A DNA stretch of 64,000 nucleotides, taken from the NCBI GenBank assembly GCA_963787835.1, contig CAWBEI010000004.1, positions 352,001-416,000 of the forward strand. Reading direction: 5' to 3'. The first letter of the stretch is position 1. Each line of letters opens with the position of its first letter. Below, piece by piece: positions 10,032 to 18,146 of the stretch. The translations under genes and the position numbers were made by a program. The notes beneath the pieces were generated by a model. The model made no database searches. It saw only the letters and a list, made by a program, of their open reading frames with translations, and had not been told where the DNA came from. The DNA is from Ignavibacteriota bacterium (GTDB lineage: Bacteria > Bacteroidota > Ignavibacteria > Palsa-1295).

Positions 10032-10708
10032 CAGGGAAACTTTGGATCGTATCCGTTCCCATCGGTAATCCGCTTGACATTACCTTTCGTGCCATTGAGG
10101 AGTTGAAAAACGCGGACACCATTCTTTGCGAAGATCTGAAACCTGCGCGTCGGCTCTTACATGAACTCAAGATCGAGAAACCATTGCTTCCGCTTAATGA
10201 ACATACGGATGTGGAGGCAACATCAGAAGCGCTCACCATTCTTCTTTCCGGAAAAGATCTCGCGCTGATCTCCGATGCGGGCACCCCACTTGTTGCCGAC
10301 CCGGGGCAGAGGCTGGTGCGTTTGGCTATTGAGCAGGGGATTGAGGTTTCACCTGTTCCGGGGGCTTCGAGCGTTCTCGCGGCGTTAGTGGTAAGTGGCT
10401 TTCGATCCGATCATTTTTATTTCGCAGGCATGCTGCCCCGCGAGAAAACCGATCGGAAAAACGCAGCTCGCAAGCTTGCCTCGCGAAACGAAACGATCGT
10501 CATACTGGAAGCTCCATACCGACTCTCGCAGCTATTAGATGATCTTATTAGCGGGTTTGGTAACGACCGCCGAATCTCGGTAGCTATGGATATTTCAATG
10601 CCTAAGGAACGTGTTGCCCGCGGGACGCTCTTAGCAATACGTGATTTGTTTGCAGCGAATCCATTCAAGGGCGAATTTGTCATTGTCATCGAAGGCCGCC
10701 GTTCGTAG
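10028..10708 (+). CDS. rsmI: 16S rRNA C1402 2'-O-methyltransferase
   Basis: PIGNPLDITFRA, CED, LISDAGTPLVADPG, PVPGAS, EAPYRL, KGEFVIVI. Confidence 0.95.
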   Translation: MTGKLWIVSVPIGNPLDITFRAIEELKNADTILCEDLKPARRLLHELKIEKPLLPLNEHTDVEATSEALTILLSGKDLALISDAGTPLVADPGQRLVRLAIEQGIEVSPVPGASSVLAALVVSGFRSDHFYFAGMLPREKTDRKNAARKLASRNETIVILEAPYRLSQLLDDLISGFGNDRRISVAMDISMPKERVARGTLLAIRDLFAANPFKGEFVIVIEGRRS

Positions 10709-10721
10709 GAGCGCAGTTCGC

Positions 10722-13700
10722 GTGGGCGCGCGGGAATTTGTTCCAATCAGACTCCGGGCGCAATTTTATGCGCCGATGTGTGTCGTGCTCTTTTTGCTTT
10801 TAAGCGCCGCGGTTGGTCATACGCAGACTCGCACGCTTTTGGTCACACTTCATTCGATCAACGATTCCGTTGTTGTATTATCCGATAATTTCCCAGATTT
10901 TTCTACACTGCGCATTCAGGTCGATTCTTCATTTTTCTTGATCGATCAGAAGGATGTTACCATCGATACGGCGGGACGAGCGATCGTACTTTCACCAAGC
11001 AGCCGCTCGCTTCTTTTCCCGATGAATTCGGCAGCTGGCGTAAAGCATACTCTTACTCTAACCTACACGGCGCTCCCATTGAACCTGAAGACGAGCTATA
11101 CGAGACATGAACTTGAAACCCCTGCACTGAATGATTCTTTGCGCACTTTGATCGATAGTTCAAAGCAAGGCCTGCGAGAAATTTCCTCAACATCCGCTGA
11201 TACGACTCACGCCGATATTCTCAATAATTTTCAGAAATCTGGCTCCATAAGCCGCGGGTTCCAGGTTGGTTCGAACCGCGATCTGGGATTGACAAGTGGG
11301 TTTAATCTGCAATTTTCTGGAGACGTAGCAAAAGATGTGAACATCACTGGTGCCCTTACCGAAGAGCAAACCCCGATCCAGCCGGAAGGCACAACCCAAA
11401 CGCTGAACGAGATCGACAATATCTTTATCCGCATCAAAGCTGGTCAGCATTTCACGTCCACGCTTGGAGATTTCACGCTGGATCTTAATTCACCTGCGGA
11501 CCCAACGCGATTGGCTTCTCATTCGACGCTCAACGATACTTTAAAGACGCATTCTATCGATAGCAGCCGCTCATCGCAATCACCGACGAATATTATTCCC
11601 ATCATTACAAATGTGCAAGACCAGGCCTTCAATGCATTCAGTCAGAGTACGCTTGATGTGATCTCTCGTAAACTCATCGGTGCGGAGGCAACGGCGCAGT
11701 TCAACGAGGGTTCCGTTACAGTTGCTGGCGGCGCTCCCCGCGGTGAATTTACCACGAACACCATGCAGGGGCAGGAAGCCTATCAAGGGCCTTATACGCT
11801 CGTGGGTAAGAATGGCGAGCCAGCGATCCTCATTGTAGCGGGAACCGAGCATGTCTATGTGGATGGTGTGCTTCAGACTCGCGGCGAGCGAAATGATTAC
11901 ATCATTGATTACGCGCTCGACCAGATCACTTTTCAACCACGCAGGCTCATTACCAGCGATTCAAGAATCGTTATCGATTTCGAATATTCCGATCAGCAAT
12001 ACAATAAGTCTCTTTTTGCTGCGAACATAAAGGGGCAACTTTTGGATGGTGCGCTCAAGATCTCGACAACCTATTTACGCGAGGGAGATAATCAGGATGC
12101 GCCGCTCGATCTTTCGCTTTCCGACAGCGATCAAAATATTCTCGCGAATGCCGGCGCAGACCCATCGAAGGCCACGAAATCTGCGGTGACCTACGCAGGC
12201 GTCGATGCGAACGGGCGTGCGCAGGGAAGTTACTCGGTTGCGGATACCACTATTGCCGGAAAAGCCATTGTGTTTTACCGTTACGCGCCGCTCGATTCTG
12301 TGAATGCCCTCTATAATATTGCGTTCGGATATGCTGGAACCGGGAAGGGCAGTTATGTGCGGCTTGCCATCGGCCAATTTCTATTTGCCGGGCTGGGACT
12401 TGGCGATTACGACACTCTCGCGTTTCTCCCATTGCCAGAATTGCATCAAGTCATGGCGGTGAGCAGCAGCCTGCGCATTACCAATAATTTCGGGCTGACC
12501 GGAGAATACGCTGAAAGTATTCTCGATCCAAACCGCTTCGCAAACATTCCTTCGATCGACGGCAATGCGTATCACTTCGGTGCGTTGTTTGCCGATACGC
12601 TCTCAATATTTGGTTACACGGAGTTCCGGGCAACGGAGCGAAACTTCGGAGCGCAATTTACTCCGATCGACCGCATTCAGGATGCGGAATTCGAACGGCT
12701 ATATGGTAACGATATGCAAACGCCGAACTCCTATGCTTCCACGCTGCCGGTTACAGGGGAATTAAATCGCGAAGCCGATCTTACCATACATCCAGTCCGT
12801 TCCTTTATCCTGGAGGGAGGATTTGGCTCTCTCGAAGAGCCGCAGCTTCAATTTATTTCATCTCGCGTGTTCGGTCATGCCGAACTGCTTGAAGATTCCG
12901 GAATGCTCCCTCATGCTGCTATCACAATCGAACATTTGCCGACGCATGATTCCTCGATCCTGGAGCAAGCCCAGTGGGATCGGCAAATTGGTGAACTATC
13001 GAAATCTATGAAACTGGGAGCCAATGGATTTACGCTTGGTCTTCAATACGCCCATGAGGAAAAACAAGCCACGCCGTTCGATACCGTCGGGCTTGCCGCC
13101 GACTCGATGACGCTGCACAGTTTTGAATATCGATCGATCACTCCCATTGCTTCGCTTCGCCTCGGACCTAAAGTTACCCTTAGCGGTTCCTACGAAGTTC
13201 GTTCCGATGACAGCGCCCGCAGTGGCTTTCTTACCCCCATCAGTGAAGCGCACACGAGCCATATCACCGCAGCGATCTTTGGAATAGGCGGCTTCAGCAC
13301 CAATATCGATCTCACCGTTCGCGATAAACGCTATACCGATTCCACCTCCTACGCGGTGAATGGCGGGAATCAATCGACCCTCCTGCTTCGCTTCGAGCCG
13401 CGCTATACCCTGGCCAATCGGGGAATAAGCGCTGAAGCATTGTATGAGATCTCCAATCAACGGGCGGCGCAGTTGCAGCGCGTGTTCGTGCCGGTGCCGC
13501 AAGGATTGGGAACGTACTATTACGTGGGCGATCTCAATCACGATGGTAAAGCCGATCCGAACGATTTTGCTCCAGCCGTTTATGCGGATCAAGGCGATTA
13601 CGTTCTTATTACTGTTCCCACGACGCAGCTTTTTCCTACGACCGATCTTAAATCCAATTTCAGATTACACATCGACCCGCGGGATCTATTTGGTCTTCAA

Positions 13701-14531
13701 AATCCTTCGAACCTCCTGCAAACGGCGTTAGCGAATATCTCCAGCGAGTCCTACATCAAGATCGAGGAAACAAGCACCGATACCGTACCGAGCGATATTT
13801 ATTTCTTCCGGCTGTCGCATTTTCGCAATGATTCGACTACGATAAACGGCACAATGGAGATCGGGCAGGATTTCAATATCATGGAGAATAATGCCGACGA
13901 GTCCTACCGCTTGCATTATCTGGAACGTGAGTCAGCGGCGCAATATAATACTGGCCTCGAACACTCGTTCCAGGCCGAGCGATCCATTCGCGGAAGGTTT
14001 CGGCCTTCGTTCGAATTTTCGAATGAAACGACCATCACGTCGAGCACCGATCAGTCCGGCGGGGATTCGCTTTCGGTGAATCCACCACATAATACTTCCT
14101 CGCTTGGCATCTCCACGGATTGGAGCTACCATCCCATCGGTTCTAAGTTCGATTTTGGTGCCGTAGCTGCTTTTTCGCGGGCCGTTGAGCATATCTATAA
14201 CCCCGAAGTTACTGGGCTAACAGATGCTTTCACATTTCGGACCAGTTACGCGCTGGAAACTCGAACTCGCATTCGCGCCCAGATCGAACGCGACGAACTT
14301 AACCTTTCTGCACTGCCGAGCGATATTATTTCGCTCCCCTATGCGCTTACGCAGGGAAAAGCCGTTGGAGAAACATGGGTCTGGAGCCTTGCGCTGGATT
14401 ATCAATTTGGAAGCGGCATCGTAGCAACGATCGCCTACGATGGCCGAAACGAATCCAGCGACCTGCTCGGCACCTCCGGCCAGCGAGTGACCATCAATAA
14501 TGCACGGGCGGAGGTACGAGCTAATTTCTGA
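10722..14531 (+). CDS. Large conserved FCB-type outer-membrane beta-barrel protein (start 10722 GTG or 10776)
   Basis: Signal peptide; SGSISRG...PIQPEG.TQ.L and QGPY.L.G...RGE.NDY.IDY motifs reminiscent of SprA/Sov-like N-terminal regions; long beta-strand C-terminal half ending in F (EVRANF). Confidence 0.75.
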   Translation: MGAREFVPIRLRAQFYAPMCVVLFLLLSAAVGHTQTRTLLVTLHSINDSVVVLSDNFPDFSTLRIQVDSSFFLIDQKDVTIDTAGRAIVLSPSSRSLLFPMNSAAGVKHTLTLTYTALPLNLKTSYTRHELETPALNDSLRTLIDSSKQGLREISSTSADTTHADILNNFQKSGSISRGFQVGSNRDLGLTSGFNLQFSGDVAKDVNITGALTEEQTPIQPEGTTQTLNEIDNIFIRIKAGQHFTSTLGDFTLDLNSPADPTRLASHSTLNDTLKTHSIDSSRSSQSPTNIIPIITNVQDQAFNAFSQSTLDVISRKLIGAEATAQFNEGSVTVAGGAPRGEFTTNTMQGQEAYQGPYTLVGKNGEPAILIVAGTEHVYVDGVLQTRGERNDYIIDYALDQITFQPRRLITSDSRIVIDFEYSDQQYNKSLFAANIKGQLLDGALKISTTYLREGDNQDAPLDLSLSDSDQNILANAGADPSKATKSAVTYAGVDANGRAQGSYSVADTTIAGKAIVFYRYAPLDSVNALYNIAFGYAGTGKGSYVRLAIGQFLFAGLGLGDYDTLAFLPLPELHQVMAVSSSLRITNNFGLTGEYAESILDPNRFANIPSIDGNAYHFGALFADTLSIFGYTEFRATERNFGAQFTPIDRIQDAEFERLYGNDMQTPNSYASTLPVTGELNREADLTIHPVRSFILEGGFGSLEEPQLQFISSRVFGHAELLEDSGMLPHAAITIEHLPTHDSSILEQAQWDRQIGELSKSMKLGANGFTLGLQYAHEEKQATPFDTVGLAADSMTLHSFEYRSITPIASLRLGPKVTLSGSYEVRSDDSARSGFLTPISEAHTSHITAAIFGIGGFSTNIDLTVRDKRYTDSTSYAVNGGNQSTLLLRFEPRYTLANRGISAEALYEISNQRAAQLQRVFVPVPQGLGTYYYVGDLNHDGKADPNDFAPAVYADQGDYVLITVPTTQLFPTTDLKSNFRLHIDPRDLFGLQNPSNLLQTALANISSESYIKIEETSTDTVPSDIYFFRLSHFRNDSTTINGTMEIGQDFNIMENNADESYRLHYLERESAAQYNTGLEHSFQAERSIRGRFRPSFEFSNETTITSSTDQSGGDSLSVNPPHNTSSLGISTDWSYHPIGSKFDFGAVAAFSRAVEHIYNPEVTGLTDAFTFRTSYALETRTRIRAQIERDELNLSALPSDIISLPYALTQGKAVGETWVWSLALDYQFGSGIVATIAYDGRNESSDLLGTSGQRVTINNARAEVRANF

Positions 14532-14622
14532 GCGCGTAATTCTGGGTCTCAATTTTTTTGAGTAAAAATGGATGAATCAGTCAATATTGTGTTTGAATCT
14601 ATCTCATGAGAGACATCCTCCT

Positions 14623-14665
14623 AAATCGTCCGCGTAATCCTACCAAATCCGCGTAATCCCGGTTC
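14623..14665. repeat. AATCCGCGTAATCC-type short repeat element
   Basis: TCCGCGTAATCC twice, then CGGTTC; inverted relative at 40938-40973. Confidence 0.55.
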
Positions 14666-14668
14666 AAA

Positions 14669-15673
14669 ATGTCCTTTATCGATCAAGCCCTCATCCGTAT
14701 CGAGGCCGGCAACGGTGGCGACGGCGTCATCTCCTGGCGCCGTGAGAAATATGTTCCCAAAGGCGGACCCGATGGCGGTAACGGCGGCCACGGTGGCGAC
14801 GTCTATTTCGAAGCCGATCCGGAACTTGGTACCCTGCTCGATTTCCGGTATCATCGTATCCATAAAGCCGAAGATGGAGGAAAAGGCGCTGGGAAGCAAT
14901 GTACCGGAAGGAGTGGGGAAGATCTGGTCATCCGTGTGCCGGTGGGGACGATCATTCGTTCCACGATGACCGGCGATACGATGGCCGATCTTACCGAGCG
15001 CTATCAAAAGGTACTGGTTGCTCGCGGCGGAAAGGGTGGTCTTGGTAACTCCGAATTCAAAACCGCTACCAATCAGGCGCCCCGTAAGCAGACGAACGGT
15101 AAGCCCGGCGAAGCCTTCGATCTCGAGCTGGAATTAAAGCTGTTGGCTGACGTTGCCCTGGTCGGGTTCCCGAATGCCGGAAAATCTACGCTTATCTCCC
15201 GTATCTCTGCGGCGCGGCCCAAGATCGCCGATTATCCCTTTACCACGCTGGTTCCCAACTTAGGCATCGTGCAGGCGCCGGAGGAACATCGTTCCTTCGT
15301 GGTGGCGGATATTCCGGGACTCATCGAAGGCGCGAGTGAAGGGAAGGGGCTTGGATTGCAATTCCTGAAACATATCGAGCGCAGTGGGGCGCTGCTTTTT
15401 ATGCTCGATGGAACTTCCGTGGATCCTGACCCTAAAACGGCCTATAAAACATTATTGAGGGAACTAAAACAATTCAATCCGCTGCTGCTCGATAAGCCCC
15501 GCATCATCGCCATCACCAAATCGGATGCACTTAGCCCGGAGGCTATTCTGGCCTATAAAAAGATGACGATCGATAAGCGAAAACCTCTCGTTATCAGCGC
15601 CGTCTCCGGCGATACGATCGACGTCCTCATCCGTTCGCTGTGGGAAGCGATCGGCGAAGCCCGAGCTCGGTGA
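14669..15673 (+). CDS. obgE: GTPase ObgE/CgtA
   Basis: Gly-rich Obg fold (GGPDGGNGGHGG), GFPNAGKST, YPFTT, DIPG, TKSD. Confidence 0.98.
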   Translation: MSFIDQALIRIEAGNGGDGVISWRREKYVPKGGPDGGNGGHGGDVYFEADPELGTLLDFRYHRIHKAEDGGKGAGKQCTGRSGEDLVIRVPVGTIIRSTMTGDTMADLTERYQKVLVARGGKGGLGNSEFKTATNQAPRKQTNGKPGEAFDLELELKLLADVALVGFPNAGKSTLISRISAARPKIADYPFTTLVPNLGIVQAPEEHRSFVVADIPGLIEGASEGKGLGLQFLKHIERSGALLFMLDGTSVDPDPKTAYKTLLRELKQFNPLLLDKPRIIAITKSDALSPEAILAYKKMTIDKRKPLVISAVSGDTIDVLIRSLWEAIGEARAR

Positions 15674-15787
15674 AATTCGAGATATTCGTGTTATGGTTAC
15701 TTTCCCGTCGGTGAAAAAGAGGGGACTGAGGTCCGCTATTTCAACACCATCGAGGAGAGTACAAACATGAACGTCAGTAACGAGGCG

Positions 15788-16110
15788 ATTTCCACAAACA
15801 GTCTTCCTGTGGAAATTTCTGGTCGTCCAAACATAATAATCCCTTGAATGTGGCAAGCTATGCAGGGGTAGAGACTTGAAGGACTGGGGAGTCCTGGCAA
15901 TTTCGCCCGGCAGAACTAAACTAAATGTGGCTAAACTATTGGCTTTGTTAAACTTAGGCTCATCTGGAGGGGCAACCTTCGAATGAACCTGCACAAAGTT
16001 ACGACATTTATCCACAAATTCCAAGAGAATTTAATGAAAAAATAGATGTCTTTTAGAAATAAATGTGAATAACTCACTTATTAACATTTATCTCCACATT
16101 TCCCCACGAG
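15788..16110. promoter_or_regulatory. DnaA-box cluster, candidate oriC
   Basis: TTATCCACA 16008-16016; TGTGAATAA 16064-16072; TGTGGCTAA 15926-15934; ATTTCCACA 15788 and TGTGGAAAT 15808; adjacent AT-rich tract; ~830-bp gap between convergent genes. Confidence 0.55.
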
Positions 16111-16302
16111 CCGTTTTAGTGCCCTTAGAAGACATTAGCACCATTTCATTCCAATAGAAACAGGTGCCCATTAATTTTTTTTTACATATTCATTTAATGA
16201 ACTATTTTTCTATTCCACTCAATAATTCATGAACTCCCCAAACCACCCCCTAAATTGTCAATGAACGCGACACCCATCGTCTTACCTCTTACCAAGGCCC
16301 CT

Positions 16303-16377
16303 CATTCTTAATTATTAATTCTTACTTCTTAATTGATACCCCCCATTCTTAATTATTAATTCTTACTTCTTAATTGA
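16303..16377. repeat. Two copies of a 34-bp AT-rich heptamer-derived unit
   Basis: CATTCTTAATTATTAATTCTTACTTCTTAATTGA at 16303 and 16344; related copy at 35416. Confidence 0.85.
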
Positions 16378-16505
16378 CCCCAGGTGCCCATCAACGCACG
16401 TGCAATATACGAACAGAAATTGCCGTCCCAGGCAATTCCGAAAAATTAGTTATGATTCGAATTCTGTGCGAAACAGGTGCTCAGGGTGAGGCAACACAAC
16501 GGCGG

Positions 16506-16886
16506 TTACTCCGCCGGTACGATATCGCAGGCGAGATACAACCAGCCCTCCTCAGTCTTGACCAGCGTATGAGAGGCTCGAAACGCACCCTCGAATACTT
16601 TCCCGGCAATAACCGCCGTACCGCGAAGTTCCAGGAACACCGCGGTCGCTGTCGGGGCGAGGATTTCCATGGCGAGAATCGTCGGTTCTTCCAGCAGCTC
16701 CCATTTTTTCTTCTGGTTAAAAAGATGATCCAGGTATTCTTCCTTACGGTACACTTTGCCCCACGGTGCCAAAAAAATAAAATGCTTATGGAGTGTCTTT
16801 TCCGTCGCCTCCCGGTCATTCTCGGCTAAGGCACGGTAGTGTTCGGCGATCTGCTCTCGGACCTTGTCCTCATCATTATCCACCAT
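16506..16886 (-). CDS. NTF2-like/DUF4440 family protein
   Basis: 126 aa; L...FIFLAPWG.V..KEEYL...TLVKTEEGW pattern typical of the SnoaL/DUF4440 fold. Confidence 0.7.
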   Translation of the reverse strand: MVDNDEDKVREQIAEHYRALAENDREATEKTLHKHFIFLAPWGKVYRKEEYLDHLFNQKKKWELLEEPTILAMEILAPTATAVFLELRGTAVIAGKVFEGAFRASHTLVKTEEGWLYLACDIVPAE

Positions 16887-17088
16887 TTCAGCCTTCAGAA
16901 AGATATGTTCGAAAAAGTATAAAATTCATTCAACGGACAAAAAATCCTACAACGAAGAAAGATAATGAGGGTTCCTTAACTATTCGCGTGAAAACGGCGT
17001 AGTATTTTCACTACGAAGCCCATTCACACTCATGCTTGGGTTTTGCCTAAATTTGAATTCCTCGATTTAAGCGTTATAGCATTTGTTA

Positions 17089-17460
17089 TTAAGGTGACGG
17101 TGGTGGTAACTGGTTAGAAGAACCAATTTTAGCGGCCATCTCTTGAAGTGCTCCTAAGTTTTCTAACAAGTCTTTGAGACCGCCAGGGCTCTGCATTATA
17201 CCCCGAGTAAGTTCGACCTTCATCTGATCATCGAGGTTAGGCTTCTGAGGATTCGCGATGGCTGTAACTGTATCGAGTAATTTACCTTGTGTTTGAGAAG
17301 CTAACGCTTCAAGCACTTCTGCTTTTATTCGAATTTCTGACAAGAGGTTTGCGGTATCTTTATTATTTTCTCGGCTTCTTTTTTCAGAGAAGGCAGCTTG
17401 TACGATTGCAACAATCGATAGAATTATCGCAACAATACTAAGGGTGTCAGATAGACTCAT
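17089..17460 (-). CDS. Hypothetical protein with N-terminal TM anchor
   Basis: LSIVAIILSIVAIVQA hydrophobic helix followed by helical region; lower GC. Confidence 0.65.
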   Translation of the reverse strand: MSLSDTLSIVAIILSIVAIVQAAFSEKRSRENNKDTANLLSEIRIKAEVLEALASQTQGKLLDTVTAIANPQKPNLDDQMKVELTRGIMQSPGGLKDLLENLGALQEMAAKIGSSNQLPPPSP

Positions 17461-17472
17461 AAATATAGCAGT

Positions 17473-18096
17473 TCATGCCTTTAAATTTGTCCAGAGAATT
17501 GGGTCGCTATCAACGCCCCGTACTTGCGGCGGATAGAATCGCTGGTCGCTGTTGAATTTTTGCTCACGAAGCCAATACGAAGCCTCATATCCAACGCAAT
17601 CCAATTCGTCGAATCGATTTGCAGCCAGTCTGTTTACGTAACTATCATTGTAATCCCCGTTTAGACGCGAATTTAACCCATTCCAGAATCCAGTCCAATA
17701 GTCATGCGCCGGGGAAGGATCTGGATTATAGAGCGGGTATTTGCCGTTTATGATCTCGCTGGTGATCGGCTTGAGTTCAACAAGTTCTGCTTGGTCAAGG
17801 CGATGCCTTGCTATGTTTATTGCAAGCACATAACGTTTACGTTCGCTCACAGTCAATGGTGCCCCAATTCTCTGGATGGTGTCACCAACTGCCAATCGCT
17901 CATCCGTTTCTAAATTTACGACATGAAATATTATTGTGCCGCCATCCGTCCATTGCGATTGCGCTGTTTGAATAGCCGCATCCGCAGTGAGGAAGGAATC
18001 TGCTTTAATTTGGGAGCCGTCTTGCTTCAGTGTGAGAAGCAGAAAGCCACGCCGAGAAGAATCGAAGTTAGTTATCATACCTTCGGAACGCCCCAA
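17473..18096 (-). CDS. Hypothetical protein (start uncertain)
   Basis: 207-aa ORF with protein-like composition, co-directional with neighbours; no motif recognised. Confidence 0.5.
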   Translation of the reverse strand: MGRSEGMITNFDSSRRGFLLLTLKQDGSQIKADSFLTADAAIQTAQSQWTDGGTIIFHVVNLETDERLAVGDTIQRIGAPLTVSERKRYVLAINIARHRLDQAELVELKPITSEIINGKYPLYNPDPSPAHDYWTGFWNGLNSRLNGDYNDSYVNRLAANRFDELDCVGYEASYWLREQKFNSDQRFYPPQVRGVDSDPILWTNLKA

Positions 18097-18146
18097 ATTC
18101 GGGGGGAGTTTCGCATCACAATTCGCGTCTTTTAATTGTAAATGTT

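Noticed and set aside
16303-16377. CRISPR array (also considered for 53170/53796 and the REP elements)
   Set aside because: Only two copies, spacer of 7 bp or 573 bp, and no cas genes.
15464-16829. ORFs 15464-16024 (-) and 16374-16829 (+)
   Set aside because: They overlap obgE or the NTF2-like gene in antisense and show no recognisable motifs.
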